A DNA stretch of 63,002 bases, counting the filler, from Parasitella parasitica NRRL 2501 (Eukaryota > Fungi > Mucoromycota), in assembly GCA_025201805.1 (NCBI GenBank). It is 9 parts of 9 records of this genome, joined end to end, with 100 filler letters (N's around TTAATTAATTAA, not from the genome) between each part and the next. Parts side by side here need not be neighbours in the genome. Positions count along the whole stretch, not along the records: positions 25,711 to 27,814 come from MU619347.1; positions 27,915 to 39,547 come from MU619487.1; 7 more parts are not named here. The stretch is one strand, 5' to 3'. Numbering within the stretch: position 1 is the stretch's first letter; each line of letters begins with the position of its first letter. Positions 25,611 through 39,647 of the stretch are shown one piece after another. The notes beneath the pieces are model-generated. The model was not told the origin of the DNA. It did no database searches and saw nothing but the letters and a program-made list of their open reading frames with translations. Position numbers and translations under genes: made by a program.

Positions 25611-26774
25611 NNNNNNNNNNNNNNNNNNNNNNNNNNNNNNNNNNNNNNNNNNNNTTAATTAATTAANNNNNNNNNNNNNNNNNNNNNNNNNNNNNNNNNN
25701 NNNNNNNNNNTGTATGTTAATAAAGCAAAAGAAGCAAGCCAAAAAGTATTCAAAACTACCTTGACATTGACACCCAAACGACGTATAATGCGAAAAAAAA
25801 AATTTCATACATAGCATCATCTTTAGCTATTGCCTATATTCAGCAGTAAAAGTAGTCAGTCATTTAGTTGCTACAAACAAGTTAATGCACATAGCAATAC
25901 CATGCTCTCATATGAAATATTAAACTGAGCAGAGCCTCTATATATATTATTGACAAAAGGATTAATAGTTTGTTAGAATAAACTCGAAAACATACCATGA
26001 TAATAGCAATATACAAAATATGTTGCGTATCATTTCGTTATACCAAGCTGTTCGTTGATAAAAGAGAAGCTACAATTTCTTATGATAAAACTACAGTTAC
26101 GTGAAGATGTTATTACTCTGTATAATGTACTTATATTTGGCACAAATGTGCTAACATTGTATGTTTTTTAAGTTAAAATACCAGTTCATAAAGTTGTAAA
26201 AGGATAGATAAAACAAAAGAAAAAGGCCAAGGAGAGCTAACAAAGAAGCTAAAATAGTATGCATTCGGTCATCACAATATGCAATGTTTTGGGCTAAGCA
26301 TGCAGAAAGAAGCCAATGGAAAAACACCGCTACAAGAGGTCATCTCAAAATTGAAAGCAAACATGTACAAACAAAATATATACTTTATTCAAGTATATTG
26401 CTACTGGTGCTAGCATTATTACTACCAGCGTCTTCTTCAACATTTTGCACAACACTTTGGTTAGAAATAGGTATTTCTTCGTCACTTTTTGCTTTCAGAT
26501 GAACATTTGTATGATCGTGAGAGCATAAATAAACTTTTACTCAAAACAAATGCGATCTTTGGAATGCAATATCTCAACGAATATTTGGTAGCAAATGTTA
26601 CTACCAGCACAAAAAAAACCGAAATGTCTCAGAAATAATATTATGTCATTAAAAATGAGCTATCTCAACTTTTTTTTTATGAACGCACATTCTGTGGCAA
26701 AATTATTTAAGTTCTCACAAGCACATAAATACTCCCATGACCCTAATAATGTTCCCATTTGAGCACATTTATGT

Positions 26775-27814
26775 TTACCGAGAACATCCAGGAGGCCATA
26801 GTGCAAACCACTTTCTACGAGACACAAACTGAGCTGTAAGATATGGGCTGTCAAACATGACAAAGTAGCCAGCACGACGAAATTCTCCCTTGGTTCTTGC
26901 AGAGTAAATCGATGATATGACAGTTGATTCATCAAACCAAGCGCGGCCAGCAAGAACAAATTCGATATCACCAATAATGTTGATATTGTCTTCAGAAAAT
27001 TCACGACGATAATACTTGCTCAAAGCTTTTCGAAATTTGGACACTTTGACTCCTTCAAATTCTTCGCCATCATTTTCAAGTTTAACCGTTTTAAAGGGAA
27101 TCCAAAGTTGAGCAGTACAGTTTTCATCGTCATCATTGTCAAGATAAGAGTTATCTGAATACGAGGAAGGACGTATAATTTCACCTTCATCAGCAATGTC
27201 GAGTGTTTGATTCAGAAATGATCTAATTGCGACTTTTTGGATCAAGTTAGAGGCCTGTGCTTGCGTTTTTACATTTCTTGTAATCAGGTTTTTAAAGTAC
27301 CCAATCGCTCTTTCCTGGCTTCTAGTGCTGTATACTCTCAGAGGTCCCAGATTACGACAGACATACGATATGTGTGAGAGATAATGGACCACTGGTTTGA
27401 ATACGCTCGATGATAGTTGATTTTCGTTGATTTTACTATTGCAAAAACCAAAAAACACACGGAAACAAGCATCCATTTCGTCCAAATCACTTGATGAGAT
27501 ATCCCACTTGAGAGAAATAGCACATCCTCTTACTAGCTTCAACATTGCTTGTTGTGCATCGAGAGAACGTAACTTTGGGACAATCAAAGTTGGGACCAAA
27601 TAAAGCAGGAAGTCTCCCAAGTCAACAAGCTCTAACTCCCCTTGTTTTCTGAATAAGATTAAGGTAGGATCCTTCAAACTTGACAGGAATGTACTCTCTT
27701 GTAGCGTCAATTGCATTGCCAATTTCATTCAATATATTTTTGTCAATGAAGAACGGATACAATTCGCGCTCGTAATCATCAGAATCTCGGCTAATTTTGT
27801 GATAGTACTTGGTG
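26775..27814 (-). pseudogene. CACTA/CMC (EnSpm-like) transposase fragment
   Basis: 'DFLLYLVPTL', 'VHYLSHI...LGPLRVYSTRSQERAIG'; paralogous to 50254-51997; cut by a linker. Confidence 0.7.
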
Positions 27815-28006
27815 NNNNNNNNNNNNNNNNNNNNNNNNNNNNNNNNNNNNNNNNNNNNTTAATTAATTAANNNNNNNNNNNNNNNNNNNNNNNNNNNNNN
27901 NNNNNNNNNNNNNNGATTGGTAATTCTTTGTATACAATGACAAGGAATAAGCTATTAATGTACAATAGAACATGTTGTAATACACTTGGTATTACATACC
28001 AAGTTC

Positions 28007-30691
28007 AATGTTTAACCATAATGACAAATAATGATACAATAGATATAATCTAGGATAAAAAGATGGCATTTTCTTATCAATAAAGTCATTAGTTTTTGTG
28101 TCTGATTTTATTTTTATAAAGTTATACATTTTTTGAGCAGATCATATTTATATATCCTCTGCGCATAACAAATAATAATACAATGTGATTTAATCTTTGC
28201 ATATTAAGATAGAAGAGCACCAGTTCTTGTATCCGTTTGTTTTATTATGCATAGAGACTTTGTCATGAATTTGGTATCAAATATATGCAATGAAAAAAAT
28301 TACAAAATGCTTTTTTTTTGACAAACTGAACGATTTAGAACAAAAAATGCACTTGCTTTTTTAAATTCAGCAGAGTGCTCAATCAAAGGCTTTGGAGGTA
28401 TAACTGATAACTATACCATGATATATCAGTATGGGATCATCTCTTTTCCAGAAATCAGTAGTAAAAGATAGATCAGAATCTCTATATTCTGAATACAATA
28501 CCAAAAAAAAGCACAAAATACGTTATAACCGTGTAATATCTTCAAAATAATATTGATGTATGTCGCAAATTTCTCAATTTCGCTTATATGTTTTAAGCAA
28601 TGTAGAGATACGAGAAACAACCCATATGTCAATTATAATACACCATTCGAATGCTACAATGCATTCAAACTCGGCTGTCATAAGTAAAAGTCTAGATCAG
28701 AACTATGAGACTTGATATAAATGTTTTTCCTCTTTTTTCCTCTTTTCATCAAGACTTTAGATTGAAATAACTTTTCATCCAAACAACCAATTTTCAAAAC
28801 ATAAAAGATATTATATTCAACAACATCAAGTTTACTTATCATATAGCTTTGTTGCACCAGATCATAGTTCCTCCCTTAGTTTTGCCACTTTATATTGTTT
28901 ACTGTGTTGCATGCATTTACTGTTTACGCAAAAATACGGTCACTGTTGGGCGTAATAAAAAATTGGCAACTCACCCCCCTTTTTTTTCCTGCTTCTCTAC
29001 TTCTACTACGCTATTATGTTACTATTATATACTCTTATCTTTGATTATCTACGATGCAAACGCATGCACTTTGTGTTCATTATTGCTGGTATTATACGTT
29101 AAACCTCTTTGATTGTGGGAAAGTCGAGCTTTTTCTTTAAAAACAGTAAATATTACCCACGTTTTCTAAAAGACGCTAACTAACACTCTCATACGCGTTT
29201 TCTATAGAATCTATCACGAGAAAACAATCTACAGGATGGCGTGTTCCTAGTGCAGTAATTCATTCAGGTATTATTATTTATCATGTTTCCGTAAGAGCTT
29301 TTTTACTAACTGAAAAATCTTTTTTGTTCTACTTTTGTAGTTTGGTTCTCTCTTCATGTCAAGTGGATGGCCTATCATTGAAGATGGCAGAACCGCTAAT
29401 TGGATGTGAAAAAAACCGTAAGTTGGAGTGTTACAGAAGCATGGAGGCTGTTTCTACTCATTGACTGTGCTTACCCTAGCAGTTCTTGAGATGGGCCATT
29501 TTATTCGACGCTGTGAAGTGTGGTAAGGCATTTTTCGGCTATTTAGGGGGGGTATTCATTGAAATTTTACCAATTTCTATTTTTGGTCGAATTTCAAGCT
29601 CCGACCTACATCAAAACAGGGGGAAACCCTGTTTTTTTGTTTTTAGGATTTAGGTGTTTACTTAGCCAAATTAATCGTAATTTTATGAGAAAAACAAAAC
29701 AAAAAGAAAAATAAAAAAAAAAAACAGAATTAAAAAATACATAATCAACTTCCCACTTTATTTGAACATAAGCAATGAGCATTGATGTGCCAATTTTCCA
29801 ACCGGAAGTCAAACTCAAGTAAACTCAATCCTGAACAAAATGCAGGAACATATCCCAATGGATCATAGTCCTTATTTCTAAGTCAACATGAAATGTTCAT
29901 GGACAATAGATACAATCTATCGTTCCATTCTCTAAATCACACCATATCTCACACTTGTATCTTATCCTCCCGTCAGTCCACTTAGATTCACTAGTATATA
30001 AACCATCATTTTTTCCATGTAATAAACGAGATCTTTGCCTCCTGATTAATTCACAACTGTTTTATTTGAATAATTTCTCATTCTGATAAATCAATGTACT
30101 TCAATTGAAGATCGAAAATTGTCCAATGATGCGATATGATACGCTTGCGTAAATTGGAGAATAAAGTCTCTATTTCGAATCAAGAAGTGATGTATATTTG
30201 AGATATTTCAATACAATAAAAAGAGACTTGTAGTAATTCACAGCTTTCAACTGTAGTATCCGAACAATAAAAGAAGTATATCGTTTATTATGATATAAAA
30301 CAGGGTATTTATATCTTCAATTATTTACTACAACTGAGATGGTGGCTGTAATAACCAATAGATTAATGTGATAGTATGTTGTCACTGCTGATAAACGAAT
30401 AGAAAATACACCGTGTTAGCATTGTCAATTGGTTTGATATGTTTCATTGTTGAGATTGATCCAAGAATATGAGCTGATGTAACATATCAAACAATTTGTT
30501 CGCACTTTGACATTTGAGCAAGTCCGCATATCTTGTTGATGTCATGGCAGCCGAGACATTGCGATATCCAGTGACAGTTGAGATATTATACTGATTCTTT
30601 GTATTTGATACAATCATATAATATATTTGCAGTAAATCAGCAAGCGTAGTACTTGTAGTAATTGATATAGTGCAGATGTAGCAGTGCGTAT
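28007..30691. repeat. Left arm of a 2,685-bp near-perfect inverted repeat
   Basis: Reverse complement of 36742-39426 (position x maps to 67433-x); mirrored ORFs (28426/38801, 28849/38321, 29606/37615); only a few substitutions seen. Confidence 0.97.
29783..30093. mobile_element. Solo LTR (TG...CA), family also at 37340-37650 and 45421-45715
   Basis: TGATGTGCCAATTTTCC...CTGATAAATCA, with TATA-like and AATAAA motifs; same family as the TSD-flanked copy at 45421. Confidence 0.85.
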
Positions 30692-33600
30692 TCATCACGA
30701 TGATTCATTGAACACGGATCTTGACCAGGTCCTTATTCATATTACTTGGGCTGCCATGGCATCGTACTGTCGCTACTGTCACTCAGCCGACCACGCGTTG
30801 GTTGATTGCCCCGCTCGCGCACAGAACGTCACTTGTCGTTTATATGGATGCAAGGGCCACATTCGTAAGCAATGTCCCCGCCGCAACGAAGATCATCAAA
30901 AGGGTGTTAAGAAACGAAAAACTTCTTCGGGAAAAGAGCCATTAAATAATCGCCTTGAGCAAGCGGTCGCTCTCCCCTCTATTCTTGCCAATGCACCCAA
31001 ACCTTCCCCAATCTCTCCCGCTGCTCTCCTTACTGCTTCTACCTCCGTTGTCTCTCCCACAGTCGAGGAAACCAATTTTACGCCAACCACATTGGTAGTT
31101 GCCTCTGAGCCTTCGTCTATGAACCTTTCTACTGATGTTGTGGACATTCACGAACCTATCCACACTCATCATAGTAGGATTCAGACAAATTCCCTGCCAT
31201 TGCGTCCCTTCCCTTTACCCCACCATTGCACACACTGTGACCTGGAGGGTCATCAACGCACCACTTCCAAGCATTGCTTGCTGAACCCCAGGAACATTGC
31301 ACAACGGGAACAAGGCGACACAGCAACAATGCGTGATTCCAACTCTGATCTACTACTTGACTCTAACTATGATTCTGCTTCTCAGCATGGAATCACACCG
31401 TTGTTTTTTAAAAAAAAAAACTCATAAGAAACATGAATTTATTGGATCCTGTTACTAATAACGATACAATTTCTTCATCTATCGACTCGGCTTACTACTC
31501 TAACACGACTTCAACAATCCCGGATACTTCTTCTTCTTCTTTTGTTAAATTGAACATTGGGTCACTCAACTGCCGTGGCCTTACCAAGACCTCTGCGACA
31601 TCCACTCGTAATCAATTTATACGTTACCTTAGGACCCGTTCCCTTAATTTGCTTGCACTTCAAGAAACGCATGCCTCTTCTTCCTCAATACAGAATATAT
31701 TACACTCGCAATTCCAAGCCAACTCCAGTATATGGTCTTCTCATTGCGGGCTAATCTCTTTCTCTTCTGATATTTCGTTCTCTAACAGTATCCTGAGTGT
31801 CTGTGGACGCATTATCTCAACCACTGTATCGCATGCTTCTGACGCATTTGCACCGTTTACTGCAACGGTGGTGTATTTTGCGGCCTCCAGATCCGAAATA
31901 TACACATTCTCATCGAATATTCTGTCAGATCACAGTTCTGTTTTTCTTTCGTCTCCTTCTCGTTCAGTTATTTTGGGTGATTTTAATTACACCGATTCTA
32001 ATTCTTGTACGTCTCGCAATCGACAAGCTCATTCCTCATGGCTAAAGTATATTGCTGACCACTATGTCAATGGGATTACCGCCCCATGCGAGCGTCCTTC
32101 TGTTACCTTCCAACGCGGCCCTTCTCAATCTTGTATTGATTATGTTTTCTTATCCACAGATATTTCTTCTTCCATACAATTTGGTCACTGCCAAACCTCT
32201 TATATTCATCCAGCTTAGTCCAATCACTTTCTTTTATCATGTCATCTTCGATTGTATCTGTGCGCAGACTCCTCATCGACCTCAGCCGTCGGCTGAGGAT
32301 TGTGGCGAGCACATCCTCGTCTTGCTTCCAACTCTGTTTTTCGTCGGCAACTTCACCAAGCCCTTTCTCGTTGTGTTCACACACTTGATGATACCTTATC
32401 TGCTGCACAAAAATGGGAACAGCTGAAATGGACCACAGCTAAAGTTGCTCAATCCTTTTCTAGACGTCAAGCTCATACGATGTCGAAAGCTGAGGATCTT
32501 CTCCACCGAAAAAGAACTGGATTCCAACAAAAATTGATCTCGGATCCTTCTCTCCACTCCATATTTTGACATCATCACAGCTGATTATTGTCGAGGATCA
32601 GCTCGCTTCTCTCCAACAATACAATGTAGACAGCTTGGCTTTAAGATCTGGCATCATCCGGTGGCGGGAAAAACGAGAGACCTCTGCTGGTTTTCTTAAA
32701 CGCACGTATCCTCTAGAGCGGCTCGGAAACTCATCCCTCCACTAATTCATCCTTCGACTCAGATCAAATGCACCTCTAAAGCTGATATGCTTCATGCAGC
32801 GGCCACTTACTACGGAGCGCTGTATTCTCCAGATGCTATCGATATGGACGCTATCCATGTTCTACTTGCTGCCATACCGTCATCCGTTCGATTGTCGTCA
32901 GAATCGGCGGCACAATCTTTAATAGACCCGATCACATTTGAGGATTTGGTAGAAGCCTTTTCTCGGGCCCCTTCTAACTCACATCTCCTGGCGTAGATGG
33001 CCTGCCTTACCAGTTAATCCGTTTGATTGTCATCCACTCAGAGTGTCGTGAGATTGCCCTGGCTGTTATATCAATAACATGGCAAGGTCTCACATCAGGA
33101 TCTCACATCAGTCCCAGGGTCTTACTGTAAATTATGGGTAGCCATGATTTACATTATGCAGCTAGACAGTAGAACCCTAGTGTAATGCATGTGTATATAA
33201 TACATCAAGAGATGTATTATGAATAAAGGTGTAATTCTTTGTTGGCAGATTTATTTTATCAGACTTTTGACATAACACTGGCCACTTTTAACAATGCTCT
33301 CTCCTTTTCAGACATCGCTCCTCCTTCGTGGTTGGAATCTTGCATTACCCTACTACCAAAGAAAGGTACTCTGGATTTTTTGCAAAACTGGCGTCCGCTT
33401 TCTCTAATCAATACTGACGCTAAAGTCTTCACTCGTATTATAAGTAATCGTATGATTGACACTGCTGATACTCTGATCAATCCTTTTCAAACTGGTTTTG
33501 TACGTGGCCGCTTCATCGCTAAAAATAGTCTGCTAATGAAATTGTTGATGGAACATGCTCGCAATACCCAGTCTACTAGCATTGGTTCGTTGCTTGGCCA

Positions 33601-35752
33601 AGAAAAAGCATATGATCGTGTACACCCCGTTTATCTTCGCGCTGTTCTCCTTCGCTTCGGTTTCCCTCAGGCCTTGGTCGACTTTATTTCGCATCTTTTC
33701 TTTGATACCAACTTGGTCATCAACGTTAATGGATTTCTTTCTCCAAGTGTCCCTCAGCGTAGAGGTCTAAAACAAGGTGATCCTACCAGTCCGATACTTT
33801 TTAACTCGGCCTTCAAACCGCTGCTCCGAAAGATCCTGCAGGATCCAGAGTTCCCTCTCCATTCCTTCGTCCCCTTCCATTCCCTCTGTCAAGATGCTGG
33901 CTTACGCTGATAATATTATATGTCTATTGAATTCTCCTTCCGATTTTCATAGACTACAATCTCATTTACAAGTGTACTCTGCTGCCTCTAATGCTCTTCT
34001 TGTAAACTTCCATAAGACCGAGGCTTTCTCCTTGTCTGGATCGTCTAGGGTTTATGATTCTGTCTGGCGCGATGTTCTTCTACACCATCATGTAACAAAC
34101 TGGCATGATTCTCGCTCTTCCTCTCCTGTTCGTTACCTTGGCTTCCCTTTACACATACATCTCTTCCCCAACGAGATTCTTTTCTTGCTCAGCTTCTTGA
34201 CAAGGTGCAACAGGGTTGTCTCATTCACCTACAGCGTGGTTTATCGGTTCGTGGCAGGGCCACCGTCCTTAATGCGCTGATTCCCAGCAAAATTTGGCAT
34301 GTCCTTCGAGTTCTCTCTGTCCCTGCCTCTTTCTTTCGATCCCTCAAATCCATTATTTCTGAATTCATCAACTATAGGATTTTTCCAAGAATCGGGATTG
34401 ACACGGCCTGCTCCCCTCGTCTACAGGGAGGTCTCGGCCTCCTCAACTCGGATTTACAACAAAATGTTCTGCAATTTCGATGGCTGGAACCCCTCTTGTG
34501 CTTGTCAACGATCCAGCTCTATTCTTCTTCTTCCATCGTCCTTCCCAGAATTATTGGTTTTTTGGCTTTCCACCTTTCTGCCAATCCTGCTCCACTTTCC
34601 CCTCCTCCTCCTTTCATCGACCATCGCTTTTTTTTACTCTTTTCTGGCCGTCGTCCTACTTTTTCTCGACACCATGATAGCTCTTGGTATTTGCTCTTCA
34701 AAGCTATGGATCGTCTGCCAACTGACTTCACGAACACTGTCATCAGCGCCGCCACTTGTCTCAAGATTCCACTATTTTCTCTGACCCTTCCTGATTCTTC
34801 CCTTGTCGAGTTACCACGTTCCTTTTGTCAACTTCCTGCTTCCATTGCCTACACCCTCGATACATCCCGCGAGTATTGTATGCGACCCAAACAATCTCCA
34901 GAGTTTGTGGCCCATCCTAATCTTGCCAGAAAGTTCCTTAAACTGGTCAAACAAAATCAAATCAAGCTTGCTCCATTTTTTGTCCGGACTTTCATCCTTT
35001 CCCGTTTCTCCAACTTTGGTCGCTTCCCTTTCATTAAAATCGACAATCATCGGGTCGTCAATGTCTCACCGTTTATCGATTCTCTTTTCCCCCATCCCTC
35101 GACTACTTCTAGTGACCGCAATCATGGTTTTTCGCCTAAAATGTATCGCAAACTTTGCTCGGCCCCTCCTTCCTCTCCTTCTTACTTACCTCCTCCGTTC
35201 AACCCAAATATTCGTCCATCTTGGTGTGATTTCTGGATACTTCCCATTTCACATTCCTGTCGAAATGTTTGGTATCGTTACCTTCAACGCAAGATCCCCC
35301 ACAAATCTCTTCTACATCGCTTTCTTCCTGAGGTGTTTACTTCTCCATCCTGCGCTATCTGCCATCACCCTACTGACTCCTTGGATCATTTTCTGTTCTT
35401 ATATTCCTCAAACCCAGCGGTGTGGCATCATATTCAGCGTACATACATGGGCGAATCCTCGGCGTCATTTACATCCCACGACCTCCATCTAATTCTTACA
35501 ACTTTCCGCATTAACAACACTTTCAACCGCTCATCTCTTCTTATCATTGCCGCTACCTTGGAATCTATCTGGATCTCTCACTGGTCCTTTATCTTCAATG
35601 ACACTCCCTTCACCTTCGACACTATTATCTCTCTTGCCAACCGAAAAATCCTCCAAGTCAGGCAAGAGACATTTATCTCTTCTGGAATTCCGCATGCCCC
35701 CGCTTCCTTTCTTTTCTCTAGATCCGATTTAAAAAATTTAAAAAAAAAAAAA
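30692..35752 (+). mobile_element. 5'-truncated, degenerate L1/Tx1-clade LINE (Grem-LINE1-like architecture)
   Basis: ORF1 zinc knuckles (CRYCHSADHALVDC, CTHCDLEGH); ORF2 APE endonuclease (SLNCRGL, LQETH, LGDFN, IDYVF), RT (WRPLSLINTDAK, GLKQGDP, YADN), zf-RVT (CAIC..DSLDHFLF); many frameshifts; A-rich tail. Confidence 0.93.
33064..33277. mobile_element. 214-bp solo LTR inserted in LINE ORF2
   Basis: TGTTATATCAA...TTGACATAACA termini, 5-bp TSD CTGGC on both sides; removing it restores EIALATFNNAL. Confidence 0.9.
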
Positions 35753-36741
35753 ATGCATACAACACAAAACCACGAAAACAGGTACATAATTGAAAAGACC
35801 AAAAAACTCGCCTTCTCCCTATCCTCAACAAACAAAAAAACAGAAACCCCAAAAACATATTCGTGACCTTTTACTTTAAACTTCACTCAATAAAATCGAG
35901 ACCAAGGTCTCCATACAAACAAAAAAATGTTACGTTACGGTGTTTTTACTATTACGTTTTACGGTTACGTTACGGTTTTGTTATGTTACGGCTTTGTTAC
36001 GCTGTTTTTTTTTAATGAAATGACTGATAAACGTAAACCTATATAACGTTGTAGTTCTTTTCAACTAGGAAAGTTATTAATTAACTATTAAATAGAATCC
36101 CTGTTAACATCAAGAATTCCAATTGTCAAGCGTCGTGGTACTGACAAGACCAGTAAAACTATTTTGAAACATCCTTTCGTAAAGAACATCATTACGGTTG
36201 TCATTGTTGTGCCAGGTGTGCAATGTACAAATCCTGTTCTATGACAATACAACAAGGGCTATACGTCTTTGATCTGGCAGTACATTAACCTTTTTATGCT
36301 GGTTGTGAAATTACTAGTAAAAAATATATAAAAAATACTTTTTAAAACTGTTATTTATTTTTTAGATGAAGCTCATCAAAATGTAGAAGCTATATTTTTA
36401 TAACAGTTTTCCAAGGGTAAATGATTATAGATATGAACCTAAATTATATTGGGTTATTCATCCAGGACGTTTTGGCAGCAAGGATTGATAAAGAGATAAC
36501 CAATGGCGGATTTGACGAGTGTTGGAGTTGTTTCTATTTGCTCTTGATATTGGATTACGTCTTCTTAGATCCATGCTAGCCTGGTCTTGATGATTGTAAT
36601 CTTTGTGGAATATTCTGGGGTAATTTGAAGTTCATATTCACACTATTTACGGAGATTCTTTTTATGTGATGATCAGTTTATACTGATCTATTACACTGGT
36701 GCTCAGATCAGTGTTACTTACAGGAATAACCTTCTGGATGT

Positions 36742-39426
36742 ATACGCACTGCTACATCTTCACTATATCAATTCCTACAAGTACTACGCTTGCTGGTTTA
36801 CTGCAAATATATTATATGATTGTATCAAATACAAAGAATCAGTGTAATATCTCAACTGTCACTGGATATCGCAATGTCTCGGCTGCCATGACATCAACAA
36901 GATATGCGGACTTGCTCAAATGTCAAAGTGCGAACAAATTGTTTGATATGTTACATCAGCTCATATTCTTGGATCAATCTCAACAATGAAACATATCAAA
37001 CCAATTGACAATGCTAACACGGTGTATTTTCTATTCGTTTATCAGCAGTGACAACATACTATCACATTAATCTATTGGTTATTACAGCCACCATCTCAGT
37101 TGTAGTAAATAATTGAAGATATAAATACCCTGTTTTATATCATAATAAACGATATACTTCTTTTATTGTTCGGATACTACAGTTGAAAGCTGTGAATTAC
37201 TACAAGTCTCTTTTTATTGTATTGAAATATCTCAAATATACATCACTTCTTGATTCGAAATAGAGACTTTATTCTCCAATTTACGCAAGCGTATCATATC
37301 GCATCATTGGACAATTTTCGATCTTCAATTGAAGTACATTGATTTATCAGAATGAGAAATTATTCAAATAAAACAGTTGTGAATTAATCAGGAGGCAAAG
37401 ATCTCGTTTATTACATGGAAAAAATGATGGTTTATATACTAGTGAATCTAAGTGGACTGACGGGAGGATAAGATACAAGTGTGAGATATGGTGTGATTTA
37501 GAGAATGGAACGATAGATTGTATCTATTGTCCATGAACATTTCATGTTGACTTAGAAATAAGGACTATGATCCATTGGGATATGTTCCTGCATTTTGTTC
37601 AGGATTGAGTTTACTTGAGTTTGACTTCCGGTTGGAAAATTGGCACATCAATGCTCATTGCTTATGTTCAAATAAAGTGGGAAGTTGAATATGTATTTTT
37701 TAATTCTGTTTTTTTTTTTTATTTTTCTTTTTGTTTTGTTTTTCTCATAAAATTACGATTAATTTGGCTAAGTAAACACCTAAATCCTAAAAACAAAAAA
37801 ACAGGGTTTCCCCCTGTTTTGATGTAGGTCGGAGCTTGAAATTCGACCAAAAATAGAAATTGGTAAAATTTCAATGAATACCCCCCCTAAATAGCCGAAA
37901 AATGCCTTACCACACTTCACAGCGTCGAATAAAATGGCCCATCTCAAGAACTGCTAGGGTAAGCACAGTCAATGAGTAGAAACAGCCTCCATGCTTCTGT
38001 AACACTCCAACTTACGGTTTTTTTCACATCCAATTAGCGGTTCTGCCATCTTCAATGATAGGCCATCCACTTGACATGAAGAGAGAACCAAACTACAAAA
38101 GTAGAACAAAAAAGATTTTTCAGTTAGTAAAAAAGCTCTTACGGAAACATGATAAATAATAATACCTGAATGAATTACTGCACTAGGAACACGCCATCCT
38201 GTAGATTGTTTTCTCGTGATAGATTCTATAGAAAACGCGTATGAGAGTGTTAGTTAGCGTCTTTTAGAAAACGTGGGTAATATTTACTGTTTTTAAAGAA
38301 AAAGCTCGACTTTCCCACAATCAAAGAGGTTTAACGTATAATACCAGCAATAATGAACACAAAGTGCATGCGTTTGCATCGTAGATAATCAAAGATAAGA
38401 GTATATAATAGTAACATAATAGCGTAGTAGAAGTAGAGAAGCAGGAAAAAAAAGGGGGGTGAGTTGCCAATTTTTTATTACGCCCAACAGTGACCGTATT
38501 TTTGCGTAAACAGTAAATGCATGCAACACAGTAAACAATATAAAGTGGCAAAACTAAGGGAAAAACTATAATCTGGTGCAACAAAGCTATATGATAAGTA
38601 AACTTGATGTTGTTGAATATAATATCTTTTATGTTTTGAAAATTGGTTGTTTGGATGAAAAGTTATTTCAATCTAAAGTCTTGATGAAAAGAGGAAAAAA
38701 GAGGAAAAACATTTATATCAAGTCTCATAGTTCTGATCTAGACTTTTACTTATGACAGCCGAGTTTGAATGCATTGTAGCATTCGAATGGTGTATTATAA
38801 TTGACATATGGGTTGTTTCTCGTATCTCTACATTGCTTAAAACATATAAGCGAAATTGAGAAATTTGCGACATACATCAATATTATTTTGAAGATATTAC
38901 ACGGTTATAACGTATTTTGTGCTTTTTTTTGGTATTGTATTCAGAATATAGAGATTCTGATCTATCTTTTACTACTGATTTCTGGAAAAGAGATGATCCC
39001 ATACTGATATATCATGGTATAGTTATCAGTTATACCTCCAAAGCCTTTGATTGAGCACTCTGCTGAATTTAAAAAAGCAAGTGCATTTTTTGTTCTAAAT
39101 CGTTCAGTTTGTCAAAAAAAAAGCATTTTGTAATTTTTTTCATTGCATATATTTGATACCAAATTCATGACAAAGTCTCTATGCATAATAAAACAAACGG
39201 ATACAAGAACTGGTGCTCTTCTATCTTAATATGCAAAGATTAAATCACATTGTATTATTATTTGTTATGCGCAGAGGATATATAAATATGATCTGCTCAA
39301 AAAATGTATAACTTTATAAAAATAAAATCAGACACAAAAACTAATGACTTTATTGATAAGAAAATGCCATCTTTTTATCCTAGATTATATCTATTGTATC
39401 ATTATTTGTCATTATGGTTAAACATT
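36742..39426. repeat. Right arm of the 2,685-bp inverted repeat (contains mirrored solo LTR 37340-37650)
   Basis: Reverse complement of 28007-30691 in the same ungapped contig. Confidence 0.97.
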
Positions 39427-39647
39427 CACCATGGCGAAAAAAAATGATAAATCTTGATCATTTTTGACGAATTTGTCAGTGTATTGATTGTTTTGTCAAT
39501 AATGACAAATTTAAGCAGAAGAAAATTAACCTTTGATCGTTTTGTGTNNNNNNNNNNNNNNNNNNNNNNNNNNNNNNNNNNNNNNNNNNNNTTAATTAAT
39601 TAANNNNNNNNNNNNNNNNNNNNNNNNNNNNNNNNNNNNNNNNNNNN

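Noticed and set aside
25611-25710. Recurrent N44-TTAATTAATTAA-N44 motif (also near 27.8, 39.6, 43.7, 46.6, 49.7, 52.5 and 61.9 kb)
   Set aside because: Artificial contig linker with stops in all six frames, not biological.
28426-39007. Pairs of identical short hydrophobic ORFs on opposite strands
   Set aside because: By-products of the inverted repeat in AT-rich sequence, mostly with non-ATG starts.
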